Position numbers and translations under genes: made by a program | The notes under the pieces: model-generated | Seen by the model: the letters and a program-made list of their open reading frames with translations, nothing else | The model's database searches: none | Told to the model about the DNA's origin: nothing | In this document: one piece after another, positions 52,313 to 64,000 of the stretch | How positions within the stretch are numbered: the stretch's first letter is position 1 | Layout of the letters: each line of letters starts with the position of its first letter | DNA from: Dendrobates tinctorius | Lineage: Eukaryota | NCBI RefSeq assembly: GCF_039654945.1 | Contig: NW_027361921.1 | Span: 10,292,001-10,356,000, forward strand | Reading direction: 5' to 3' | Length of the DNA: 64,000 nt

Positions 52313-55300
52313 CAGGGTGGATTTGATTTAAATCTAACTGATTTAAATCACGATTTAAATCACTAGTCAGTAAGGCTTGATTTAAATCAGTGATTTAAAT
52401 CAAAGTTTCTACCTAAACTAGTTCTTGCTACTTTAACATGCAAGTAGATGAAGATTTTTAGAATCACTTTTTATATTACTTTTTCCTCCCCAGTTTAATG
52501 GGTTAATCATTCATATTTGGACACCACTGTTCTGTTGTACTTAGGAAGGAGAAAAATAATCCTGACCTTAATAACAATTTAAATAGATTTATTCAACTGA
52601 AACAATAACAACATTACAGCATAAGTTATTTGCTTAAACAAACATCCATGTTTGTTAACTAATTTGGCTAAACAAAATATATATATATTTTAAGAAACTT
52701 AGACTGTCAGCCCAGCCGACACATGAAAAACTTAAATACTACTGTCCCTGCTGTCCTCTGTAGCTCACTTGTCGTCATCTTCATCATCATCTTCTTCTTT
52801 GTTCCTATTCATAATCTGGAAAAGAAAAACAAGCTTTCCTGCTTTTTTGGGTCCCAACCGATTTCTCAATTTAGAATGAATGAGTCCAAAGGAAGAGAAT
52901 ATTCTTTCAACGCCTGCAGAAGAAGCTACTGCTGTTAAAAGTGAAATCATTACTTGAACAGTCTCTAAATCCAAGCGCTTAAGTGACTTCCACCAGTTTA
53001 CTGGTGTGACCTTCCTTAAAATATCTTCAGCAAACATATATTTCTTGAATGGTTCCCCCTTAGCTCTGAAGTTTATTATAGTTGGCATTAAAGATGGATG
53101 ATTGCTGGATACCCATGTCATAGCTAACTCCTCTTCCTCAGCACTTAGGTTTTGACCCTGATATTGGATATTGACAATATTTGCCAAAAAATGAGCTGGA
53201 GTCTGTGCTTGTCCCATTCGTTTGTTTACTGCTTGTAATTTAATTCTGTCCATGTGTAGTTCTGTTTTTAAGTGTTCACTCAGTTCCTTCCAAATTTCAA
53301 CAGCATCCGCAATAAAACAGCTATTTTTCTGTATTTTGTTTAAAGCTTGAGAGATGGGTTTCAGGAAGCTCAGCATATGTTCAACATTTCTCTTAAGCCC
53401 AATGTTGAGGATTTTGGCCGTGACAGTGCCATCTATTTTATCTCGATTTTCTTCACAAAGTGTCATCAGAATAGGCCAGTTTTTGATATACTGCTCAAAA
53501 CAGTCCACCACAGAGTTCCATCTAACATCTTGTGGGAGCGTTAGCTTGGTTCCACCCATCCTTTTCAGAGCTGCTGCAGCAAAATGATTATTACGGAAGT
53601 ATTTAGCAATTTCAACAACATTAGCCTTTATTTCTGGAACACTTAAGTCTTTGGCTAAGAGGTGCAGCAAATGAGCACTGCAACCATATGTTATTAGCAG
53701 CTTTCTATTCCCTCCCTGCTCTTCTAAATCTCTTCTCATCTTGGATACGTTTGCAGCATTGTCAGTGACCAAACTGCGTACTAGACATTTGAATTTTTGT
53801 TCACATGTCGTTATAGCTTTTACTGACACTTCTTGTAAGTATTCTGCTGTGTGTGCATTTCCTGACGTATCAGTTGTTTGTGCAAGGAAGACTTTACCTT
53901 CTTCTGTTGTTATACAAGCACATACAATAGGATCATTGTGGACATTACTCCACCCATCAATACTTAGGTTAACAATTTTACCCTCCAGAGCTGTTGCACA
54001 TTGCTCCATTTCTCTGTCATACACTTGATCCAGCAGTTTCCCTGCAACATCAGCTCTGCTGGGTGGACTGTATCCTGGTCTCAGTGACTGAACCATATTA
54101 ATGAAATGTGGGTTCTCAGTCAGACGGAAAGAAGAGTTCGTTGCATAAATAAACTGGGCAATTTTTTCATCAATCAACTCTTTTTCTAATCTGCTAGTTC
54201 TTATCACAAACCTATCTATGATGGTTCCAGGAGGTAAAGGTTTTTTCTTCCTTTTGGGTGATGGTGATATGTGGCTGTGGGTGTCTGATGATGATGCTGC
54301 TGCTGCTAATGAAGCACTATCCTGGATGGATAACTCTGAAACTGTAGAACAGGATGATGGTGATCTTGGAGGTGGATAGTTTCCAGAATCCATGAATTCC
54401 CCTAAACAAAAAAGTCAATGCTGTTATTTTATTGTTTATACAATTTCTGCTTATTGTAGACAACACATCACTGCCCCAAAAGGAATATTTGTTTTTCTTC
54501 ATAACTGTACCAAATGACAGTAACATGCAGTAATAATAAGAAATATAATTTTTCTCACACATGACAGTTCAGTCTTTAGAAATAGGATTCAATAAAAATG
54601 TTTACCAACCTGAAGATCCTGCCTGTTCAGAAGTGTTTCTTTGGTCATCTTCATCACCGCACTTCTCATGATGTTGCCTCATTCGCGCCACCAGGCCTTG
54701 CATCTCTTTGTTGCATCGTTTGCATTTTCCACGCATGCCTGCCTTACCGATAGGCGAAGGAGCTTCATTAAAATATTCCCAAACTGGGTCTCTTTTACGG
54801 CCTGCTGCCATTATAAGGAAAGAATGTAATAAACCTCAGATCGTACACACAAACAGATCCAGACTTGTCTGTCTGTGGCTATGCTGCAGTATTGTGCTCA
54901 AAGTTTCACTTTCATTTTCTTGTCTGCTTGCCCTTCCTCCTCCTCACACTTAGATTCACATTCTTCTTGTGTTGTGCAGATCTATTCCACTCCAAACAAT
55001 CAGAAACATATTGTCTAACTTCTTGGACTTGGCACTGAAGGGGTTGATTCTGTATTCATAGGTTTGTAGAACAATAGGATTAAGGTCTTTTTCTCAACTC
55101 TGTTCATGTTGTAACATTTTTGCCGTGAAGAAGAGGCTGGGACCTCTGCGGAGTCAAATTCAGTTTTGAGAACTGCGTAAGTAAAGCGAGCGTCTGTGAT
55201 AATATAGGAGAGAAACTGCCCACTAATCCTACAGAAACCTCTGGAAGAGCATGGCATTGTGAATGTTACACATATACAGCCTTTATTCCACTGAGTTAAA

Positions 55301-55450
55301 CAACTCAGCTTTATCTCATGATGGAAGAACCTTTGGATGGTAAAATATTTTCCTCAAAAAGCAGTTTATTGAAAAAAATCCGATTTAAATCAAAAAAATC
55401 CGATTTTTTTGATTTTTTTTTTAAAAAAACATTGATTTTTATCCACCCTG
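52313..55450 (-). mobile_element. Autonomous-looking hAT transposon, 3138 bp
   Basis: TIR CAGGGTGGAT / ATCCACCCTG; perfect 8-bp TSD GTTTCCAG (52305-52312 and 55451-55458); GATTTAAATC subterminal palindromes at both ends. Confidence 0.95.
52765..54811 (-). CDS. Intact two-exon hAT transposase (BED-like finger, DUF659-type core, hATC), 612 aa
   Basis: Exon 1 is 54811-54610 (VWEYF...CKRC...HHEKC); GT..AG intron 54609-54402; exon 2 is 54401-52765. Total 1839 nt, in frame. SIDGW, VTDNA, CSAH, VRWNS, VERIFS, RNRL. Confidence 0.9.
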
Positions 55451-55739
55451 GTTTCCAGGGTACGGTGTGGCGAGCATTGCGACACCAGGTCTTATAGTGT
55501 ATATAACCGATGACGTGATGCGACTCGCCAATCACAGTAATGCCAGTATCCAGCATGGCTATGCATTACTGTGATTGACAGGCCGTCCCCTCATGTTTAG
55601 TGGCTTGAAAAAAGCAATGAAATAATACCAAGCGTGGCATTTGAGCACCAGGGATACTCGATCGAGAACTAACCCTGCCTCAGCAATTCCAATGCTTGAT
55701 CGAGTACCAAGCTGTGCCGAGCATGCTTGCTCATCACAA

Positions 55740-56530
55740 ATAATTTATATAAAAGGCTTTTATTGGGGTTTTCTGTTGTTCTTGAACCACACATGCATGC
55801 TGTTCCAAATATATTCCAATTTGTGTTCCAAAATTCAAATTGTGTCCCTTCTGTTCCTAGCCCTGCCATTTGTTCAAACATAACTTTTCGCCTACATGGG
55901 GTAATGTCTCTCTTGTAAGAAAGTGGGTACCAAACTGTGGGGTCCACTTTTTGGTGTTTCCTCTTGCAAAAGTAAGAAATTTGGGATAAAGCAAGATTTT
56001 GGTGAAAAAAATGAACTTTTTCAATATGACGATTTAATAATCTAAAATTATGTGTAGTACCTGTGGGTTCAAAATGCTTACTATACCCTGGATGAAATCC
56101 TTGAGGGGTGTTGTTTCCAAAATTTGGGTTACTTGGTGGGGGATTTTTGCTGTTAAGGTACCTTGGGATTTCTGAAAATGCAACATGGTGCCTACCTTCT
56201 CTTTCAGCCAGATTTGTGTTCCAAAATTCAAATATTGTTTCCTTTCCGAGCAATAAAAACGAATTATGTGTCAAAAATTCTGTAGATGTAAAGTCGATGT
56301 ATGGGAAATGTTAATTACCCTCTTTACCCCCCAAGCCTGTTTTCACCTTAATTAGCAGACCAAATTTTACAATTCTAACCAGTGTAACATTATGAAGTAA
56401 TAACTCTGTAATGGAATAGATACAGTATGTCTAAAGTCGTAACCGGGGTAACTAATTTGTGTGGCATAGCTATTTGATTTAAGGGCATAAAAATTTAAAG
56501 TTTGAAAATTGCTAGATTTTCTAATTGTTT
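55740..56530. repeat. Internal fragment of a repetitive DNA-transposon-like element (family unassigned)
   Basis: Internal duplication ATTTGTGTTCCAAAATTCAAAT (about 55819 and 56212); no credible protein. Confidence 0.35.
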
Positions 56531-56715
56531 CCTCAGGTTTTTTTTTTTACAATATAATTTATTTTTGTTTCAGGTAACAGTTTATACATCATTTGTACAA
56601 ATGCTTGGACAGGTAAGTGTAAATTAAAATTGTGCTTTATTGCATTAATAATTACTTAACATTTCCATTGTTTGCGGGCGTGCTTGTTTTTGTATATATA
56701 TAACATATATACCGT

Positions 56716-57241
56716 AGCTCTGTCAAAAATTAAGAGACCACTTTCAAATGTTCAGTTTGTCTGATTTTTCTCTTTATATTTATATTTTTGAGTAAATTGT
56801 AAATTGTTCTTTTCGTCTATAACCTTCTGACATGTCTCTGAATTTCCAAGCAATAAATTTTGTATTTTTTTTCTGACAAAAAAAGGTCAAAATTTAAAAA
56901 AGCAGTGCTTTCAGACCTCAAATAATAAAAAGAAAAGAAGTTCATAATAATTTAGAAACATCAATACTAATGTTTTAACTCAGGAAGAGTTCAGAAATCA
57001 ATATTTTGTGGAGTAACCATGATTTTTAATCACATCTTTCATGCGTCTTCATGCTTGCCGCCAGTCTTTCACACTGCTTCTGGATCAAAAATTTAAGCAG
57101 TTCTTTTTTGTTTAATGGCTTGTGACTATCCATCATCCTCCTGGTTACATTCCAAAGGTTTTCAATGGGGTTCATGTCTGGAGAATGGGCTGCCCATGAC
57201 AGGGTTTTGATGTGGTGGTCTTTTAATTTTTTCCAGAGCTG
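56716..57241 (-). mobile_element. Internally deleted Tc1 element
   Basis: AGCTCTGTCAAAAATTAAGAGACCAC ... GTGGTCTTTTAATTTTTTCCAGAGCTG-TA; remnant WAAHSPDMNPIENLW. Confidence 0.8.
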
Positions 57242-57460
57242 TATGTTGAGCGTGTGAATAACATATATTATTGCATAGTGAAAGTATCCAATCATACACG
57301 TTACAGATGCCTCTGATGTTTCAACATGTTAGCATCAATTCTATGAACGCAATACCTTGAAATCTCAATTTTTCCATTGCAACCTGGGCCACTTTACAAT
57401 TTTAAGTTTAACTTAATTACATCTTAGGAAGTTACTTGTATTGTCTCTATTATTTGGACC

Positions 57461-57525
57461 TTAAAGCGAATCTGTCACCTATATAAGATGCGGCCACCTC
57501 CTTTCATGGCTTATCTACAGCAATC
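57461..57525. mobile_element. Possible T2/Kolobok-type MITE end
   Basis: TTAAAGCGAATCTGTCACC resembles TTAA-AGGG amphibian T2 MITE termini; only one end visible. Confidence 0.35.
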
Positions 57526-57527
57526 TA

Positions 57528-57719
57528 CAACCCCTGGCAAAAGTTATGGAAACACCGGCCTTGGAGGATGTTCATTCAGTTTAATTTTGTAGAAAAAAAT
57601 CAGATCACAGACATGGCACAAAACTAATGTCAATTCAAAAGTAAACTTTCTGGCTTTAAGAAACACTAAAAGAAATCAAGAACAAAAAATGTCGTAGTCA
57701 GTAGTGGTTACTTTTTTAA
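57528..57719. mobile_element. Left end of a Tc1-like element
   Basis: TA-CAACCCCTGGCAAAAGTTATGGAA TIR-like start; other end not in the window. Confidence 0.6.
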
Positions 57720-57753
57720 ACAGCACCACCAGGAGGTTGTCCTTCTTATCCTT

Positions 57754-60700
57754 TTTTTTAAATCAGATATTTTTTATTTGAACATTTTCCAACAAAACAG
57801 GTATAACAACCCAGGGGAACGTAGTCCCCTTACCCCACCCCCCTCCCCCCTGAATTGAATTGTCCCCCCATCTTAACAAAAATAAACATATTATTATATA
57901 GCGTCAATGTCACGTCTCCTTGAATAACAATAATTAGAAATACAAGAGAGGCTCCAAATGTGCTACATATAGACAAGACTTCTCTTTAATTCAGTAAAGG
58001 TACACTCAAATAAGACCTAATCGGAATCTCTGTAACTCTCTGGATGCAAGGCCCGAGCTGCCTGTCCATAATGCCCATATCTTTTCAAATTTTCCGGTAC
58101 AGCCTCTCTTCAAGTAAATTGCTTTTTCCATGTTAATCACCCAGTTCACCTTACTAATATATTCCGTAATGGAGGGCGTCTGATCATCCAACCAATGCTG
58201 TGCTATCAACTTTCTAAACATATATAGCATTCTAGCCACAGCTATTTTGCCATACTCATCTGTCGTTAGATCTTCAACATACCCCAATACACATACCATA
58301 GGTGAGCAGTCCAACCCCCCCCCCCCCCCGAATAAACTTTGTTAATGATATCAACTACCTCTTCCCATAGATGATCCAACTTGGGGCAAGTCCACATCAT
58401 ATGAATAAGATCTGCAGACTGAGTCTTACATCTATTGCACATAGGGTTGTCTCTGAGTCCAATATCATGCAAGAATTTTGGAGTTCTGTATTTTTGGTGT
58501 AACAGTAGTATCTGTGAATAACAATGGGATTCACTCAGGGACAAGTCCGGTACCCTGTCCAAAATTTCCAACCACTGATCGTCTTCAATAGGACCTATTG
58601 CCCCCTCCCATTTTCCCTTGGACTTCGATGGAAACTTTGAAAGCATCAAATCCAATACCATACAATAGATTATCGAAATCAGACCCCCTGACCCTTCAAC
58701 CCCGGCTATTCTATCTATAACCCTATTTTGTGAGATTCCCTGCTCCAGCTTCCCACCATCTGCTCGCCATGCGTGTCATAGTTGTAAATATCTATAAAAC
58801 TCCTGCTTGGGTAGATCGAACTCCCCCTGTAGCTGTACAAATTCCTTCAGCTCCCCGTTCTCCTCTAATATCTGAGCAAATCCTCAAATTCCCCTTCTCT
58901 CCCACATACTGAATCCTTGTAATTTATGTAAATTTGGGAGCCATGGAGTAGTCCAAATCAAAGTAAACCGCGAAATACCTTGTATATTCTGCAGAAGTCT
59001 TACCTTCCACCACAATTAATGCAACAGCAATAGTGTTGGTGTTTTCTCCCCCCTTATTGCAAATAATCGTGCCTCCAGAGCTCCATATAGGTCCCCTATT
59101 TCCAGGAATTGCTGTAATAATATTTTTTGTATCCCCCCACCTCCCGGATCATTCCACCCTCTAATATGCTGCAATTGAGCTGCTATAAAATATGCCCAGG
59201 GATTTGGCGCTGCCAGCCCACCCTCCCCTTTTCCTCTCTGCAGTTCTTCCAATTTAATTTGTGGTGGTTTTTTCCCCCAGATCAATTCCCTGAACAAACT
59301 GTTAATTTTGTAGAAGTACCTTTGTGGTATCCACACTGGGGAGTTATTTCAAATATACAATAATTGTGGCATCCAAATCATCTTAAGTAAATTTGTTTGT
59401 CCTACCACTGACAGCGGTAATTTTACCCATATGTTTAACTTCGATTGAAACTTTTCTAGGACCGGAATAAGATTTAATTTCTCATACACTCCCACCTTCC
59501 CTGTTACATTAATACCAAGATACCTGAATTCCGAGACCAGTCGCAGACCTGATGCTATATAAATGTGTTCATTATCTTTGTTCCCATCAACTGGCAGCAG
59601 CGTCGACTTATTCCAGTTGATCGTCAGTCCCGAGTAGCTACCAAAATCACCAATAACGTCCATCGCCACCTTTAAGGACGACGAGGCCTCTGCCAGAAAT
59701 AGTAATGTGTCGTCCGCGTACAAGGCTATTTTCTCCTCAGTCTGTCCCCTCCTGAACCCCTGTATGTCCGTGTGGGCTCTAATGAGTATGGCAAGAGGCT
59801 CTATGGCCAAAGCGAACACCAGCGGGGACAGAGGGCACCCCTGCCTCGTGCCTCGATGTAACTCAAAGGGGGCTGACAAACCGCCATTCACTCTTATTCT
59901 AGCTGACGGCGTGTCATATAACATCTAAACCCATGAGATAAAGTTAATGCCCAGTCCAAATTTATTCATAACTTCCCACAAATACTCCCATTCTATTGAG
60001 TCGAAAGCCTTAGCCACATCCAATGAACATATGACCCTATCGCCCGGATTATCCACTGGTAGCTGCAGATTAAGGAACAATCATCTGATATTTGTCGCAG
60101 TAGACCTCGCAGGCATAAATCCTGATTGGTCCCTGTGTATCACCTTTGTTATTACCTTGCTAAGTCTAGAAGCAAGAACCTTTGCAATAATTTTTATGTC
60201 AGTGGTCAGCAGTGAAATCGGCCGGTAAGAATCTGGCAGCAGGGGATCTTTTCCCGGTTTCGGAATTACAACTATCACCACCTCCTTCAGAGACCTTGGT
60301 AACGTTCCCCCCTCAGAAGCTCTCTCAGGAGTAGTCAACAGCTGTGGTAGCAAGACACCCCCAAATTTCTTATAGACCTCCAGGGGCAGACCGTCCAAAC
60401 CCGGTGATTTATTATTGGCCATTGACTCCACCGCCAATTGTAATTCCTCCAAAGTAATAGGTCCATTTAGGTAGGCCCGATCTACCTCCGAAAGAGTAGG
60501 GATTGGTATTGTGTCTACGTATGCTTTAATCTGCTCCTTAGTACAGGCCAGTTTAGTGTTATATAAATCCTTATAGAAATCTGCAAAGACTGATAGGATT
60601 TCAGATGGACTATTAACAATTGTACCTGTTGTATCTTTAATAGCGCCAACAAACGCCGTTTTCCTCTGCGCCTTTGCTATAAGAGGCAGCAAGTGTCCTG

Positions 60701-63700
60701 CTTTCTCCCCTTCTTCAAAAAACCGTTGTCTAGCAAATAATCTCTTATTGTTGGCCTTTTCCAGAACGTGGGTATTATAAGCCGTCTGTGCCCCCTTCCA
60801 TTCCCGCAGGTCCTCCTCCGCTCCCGTCAGGACAAACTGCCTTTCTGTAGTACTCACTCTATCCCTAAGGAAAACCCCAAACTGCTCAGTTTTATTTTTG
60901 GCTCTGTTTATAGCTTGGATTAGATTTCCCCTTAGGCGGGCCTTCATAGAATCCCAAAGAACACTTTGCGTAACTGAACCCTCATTTTCCTCAAAGAACC
61001 AATTCAGGGAGATCCCAATTGACTCCAAGTCAATAACCTGAAGCCATAAAGCATTCATAGACCACATAGTGACATTTATCGGAAGTCTAACGGAGCAATT
61101 AATAGTAATTACTAGCGGGGAATGGTCAGATAAAAGTCTAGGTAAGTACTCCACTTTTTCTACTGCCGCAAGGATGCTTTCCGTGCCCAGGGCCATATCA
61201 ATTCGCGATAATGTGTTATGTGTTTTAGAATAACAAGAAAACTGCCTTTCCCTGGGGTTCTTATGACGCCATACATCCAATAACGACATTTCCTGTATAA
61301 GTACCCCAAATTTCGACTCATGAGAATCCGCCGTCGCCGTCCCTGGTCTAAGTTTGTCCCAATATGGGTGTATAATGTTATTAAAATCCCCTACACATAT
61401 TACTGGCACATTCGGTATCTTATCCACAAATGCTGCTATCATCTCCAGCACTTTAGTATTAAAGGGTGGTGGAATATACACTCCAATCAGTATCATTTCC
61501 TTAGCCATTAGTTTACAGTGAAGTGCCACCATTCTGCCCTCCCCGTCCACCCGAGATGTTATCAGTTCAAATGGTATAGAGTTATGAACTAGAACACTTA
61601 CTCCTCTAGCATAACTGGAGAAAGCAGAATGAAAGCTAGATCCTACCCACGCCCTATTTATCAGTCCCGTTTTCCCTTTTTCTAAGTGCGTCTCCTGCAA
61701 GCAGACGATTGCCGGGGACCGTGTGCGAGCAAACTCCATCACCGCCGCTCTTTTAGTGGCGTTTCCCAGACCCCTCACATTCCAGGATAGTACATGAACT
61801 TTGTTATACATCTTACTGTAAGGCAAATGGTGTAATTGAATACCTCCTCACTCCATCCTCCCATAAAACATAGTTGCTTCTGAACTGTAGTGACATATAA
61901 ATATATGGAAACCCACCTACTCATCACAAATTGCAATATAAAAATAAAGTTATCATTGTCTAGCACATTAGCACCTGGATCAAATAATAGGAGACGTGCG
62001 AACCCCTCCCACCCCAAGAAAAGAGAACAGAAAGAAATAAACCCCACAAGAAACAGCAATATTGAAATCCTTCTGCAAATAACAGATTGACAAGGGCACC
62101 AGTCCATCCTTCAGCTGTACAAGAAGCCACCACGAAAAAAGGAAGAATAAAAAAAAAGAAGGGTGCAACAAGAGCAGTCTACCACGCCAATCTTCACCCT
62201 TTGTTTTAACCGGATACAATGCACAGTATTAAAGTTCCACTGGGCCATGGATAGACATCTTTATAAAGAAACCAAAAACATACTACCGGCAAATACCGAT
62301 GGCGAATACTCTTATATGAAATCCATTTCTTTTATGAACTCCGGCAAATCCTTTGCTCATTTTGGTCAATCCAACGAAGCGCATCTTTCGGATGTTCGAA
62401 GAACAAGGTTTCTCCCAGTGCTGCCACTCTCAACTTTGCTGGGTAAATCATGGAGTACGGGATTTGGAGATTCCGCAGTTGTCTCTTTACATCGCCAAAT
62501 TGGGCTCTGCGCTTGGAGACTTCGATAATAATAATAATCTTTATTTTTATATAGCGCTAACATATTCCGCAGCGCTTTACAGTTTGCACATATTATCATC
62601 ACTGTCCCCGATGGGGCCCACAATCTAAATTCCCTATCAGTATGTCTTTAGAATGTGGGAGGAAACCGGAGTACCCAGAGGAAACCCACGCAAACACGGG
62701 GAGAACATACAAACTCCTTGCAGATGTTGTCCTTGGTGGGATTCGAACCCAGCTGCAGCGCTAACCACTGAGCCACCGTGCCGCCCGGAATAATCCGGGA
62801 AAAAGGAGACATTGCGGCCATTGTAGGTAATTTTTCCTTTAGTATGTGCTGCTTTCAAAATGGCATCTCTGTAATGCAGCAGCTTTATCAGTACCGGCCG
62901 TGGGGGAGCTCCAGGTGGTAATGGTCTGGTGGGGACCCTATGTGCTCTCTCCACTGCAAAGAGCGGGGTCAGTCCATCCGATGCAAATAATTCACGCAGC
63001 CAGTTCTCGAAAAACTCTGAGGGGTTATTGCTCTGTTTTTTCAGGGACCCCAATAACTCGGACATTATTCCGTCTGAGCCTAGTCCAAGTCATCTGCTTT
63101 AGCTTGCAAAGCTAATATTTGTTGGTCATGTATGCGGGTGTCTCGTGTTACCTGGGGGAAAGCATCCTCCATGTCCACGAGTCTACCCCCCGCTGCCGAC
63201 ACCCTGTCACTCACTTTTTGCATGTTCTGACGCATAACTGATAGTTCCTCCTTAATCTGTCCCATCTGAGTTCCCAGAGATGTGAGAGTAGAGCCATATT
63301 GTGTCACAGCCATAAATACATCCCTCAATGTAGGTTCTGTGTTGCCAGGAATAACAACTTCGCCGTCTGGATGAGGTATCTCTTTAAGTACCATGGCTCC
63401 CTCTGCTGGCACTTCTGTGCAAGTGTTCATTTCCATATTATCATCTCTGGAATCTTCTCCACCATCAGCAAGCATCGAGAATCTGCTGCCCTGCACTGCT
63501 GTGACTTCCCCCCTGCTGTCCGATCTCACTGGGGCCTTACTTGGAGTTCTAGCAAAGCCTGCCAACTTCTCTGCTGCACTGAGAGCTGCCTGCCTCTCCG
63601 ACCTGGTGTTTGCAACCTGCATGACGGCGCCATCTTGGATTCCTTTACCAGCTCCCTCCGCTGCCTCCTTTTGCTTCTTATTCATGCCCCCAGCCATCTC

Positions 63701-63859
63701 TGCAGCACCCGGTGATCCCCGCGTGTTCCACACTCTTTGCCTAGTCGGTACTGGCAAAAATTCAGCAGTTGTGAGGCCCAGTGGATATAAATACAGGGTG
63801 AGTCGTCCGGAGCTCTTAGACCTTGCAGCCGCTCACATGTCCAGCCAGGCCACGCCCCC
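57754..63859 (-). mobile_element. Full-length L1 LINE (L1-e); ORF1 about 63757-62300, ORF2 about 61811-58006 with stops
   Basis: Perfect 16-bp TSD TGTCCTTCTTATCCTT (57738-57753 and 63860-63875). 5' [48 protein letters not shown]...HMMWTC. Confidence 0.95.
62525..62785 (-). mobile_element. tRNA-derived V-SINE in L1-e ORF1
   Basis: A box TGGCTCAGTGG, B box GGTTCGAATCC, V-domain TTCTCCCCGTGTTTGCGTGGGTTTCCTC...CCGGTTTCCTCCCACA, (ATT)n tail. Confidence 0.88.
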
Positions 63860-64000
63860 TGTCCTTCTTATCCTTGATAGGGACAGGAACACATAAGAGG
63901 TTAAATAGCCCCTCCTCACCAACACCCTTCAGTGTTTTTCCTGTCCCTATCAGGGACAGACGAAGAGTGCATTAGGTACCTGTTAGGGTGGCGTGGAAGT
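63860..64000. mobile_element. Probable DIRS-type retrotransposon terminal region (begins at about 57721, split by L1-e)
   Basis: CAGCACCACCAGGAGGTTGTCCTT...; perfect 15-bp inverted repeat TGATAGGGACAGGAA (63875-63889) / TTCCTGTCCCTATCA (63938-63952) around TTAAATA. Family assignment is from recall only. Confidence 0.45.

Larger units (their letters stand above)
45497..55739 (-). mobile_element. Older ZBED-type hAT, 5' portion: transposase N-terminus (ATG about 46005), about 150-bp subterminal repeats (46030-46419, 52083-52312), terminus at about 55739
   Basis: Peptide SFMSHF...EQVVGWIADN resembles SFMCSL...ETVVGWMAAE of the 36151-45488 element. The repeat unit continues across the nested inserts. 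End ...GAGCATGCTTGCTCATCACAA resembles a TAGTGATGAGC TIR. Left boundary uncertain. Confidence 0.6.

Noticed and set aside
55669-56274. 201-aa ORF
   Set aside because: No recognisable domain; it spans an element boundary and internally repeated non-coding DNA.
62700-62785. tRNA gene (A and B boxes)
   Set aside because: It is the head of a V-SINE, with V-domain and (ATT)n tail and no full cloverleaf.

Overview
Eukaryotic, most likely anuran (frog) genomic DNA; the taxon is inferred from the element types. Essentially the whole window is nested transposable elements, with no recognisable host gene, rRNA, tRNA or CRISPR. Target-site duplications (TSDs) let the nesting be resolved by eye. (1) A CR1 LINE is split by a 10.5-kb PIF/Harbinger element (TAA TSD). 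That element carries a 7-exon MADF/BESS-like gene with a (YQTPSP)7 tail, a transposase collapsed to 41 codons, and a full-length L1 in its last intron. (2) A Gmr1-like Gypsy is split by a second L1 and two MITEs. (3) Two diverged L1s sit head-to-tail in the same 17-bp target inside a Tc1 terminal repeat; one holds a solo LTR and a DD34E Tc1. (4) A 9.3-kb Ac-like hAT contains telomere-like repeats, 66-bp arrays, a Charlie MITE, a CR1 tail and a DD35E Tc1. (5) An older hAT holds a Harbinger MITE with a complete Gmr1-like Gypsy inside it, and a 3.1-kb hAT whose spliced 612-aa transposase appears intact. (6) A fifth full-length L1 carrying a V-SINE lies in a probable DIRS terminus. Fourteen of 16 orientable elements lie on the minus strand. 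Most six-frame ORFs are TE fragments or antisense shadows. Family names rest on motif recognition, not database searches.
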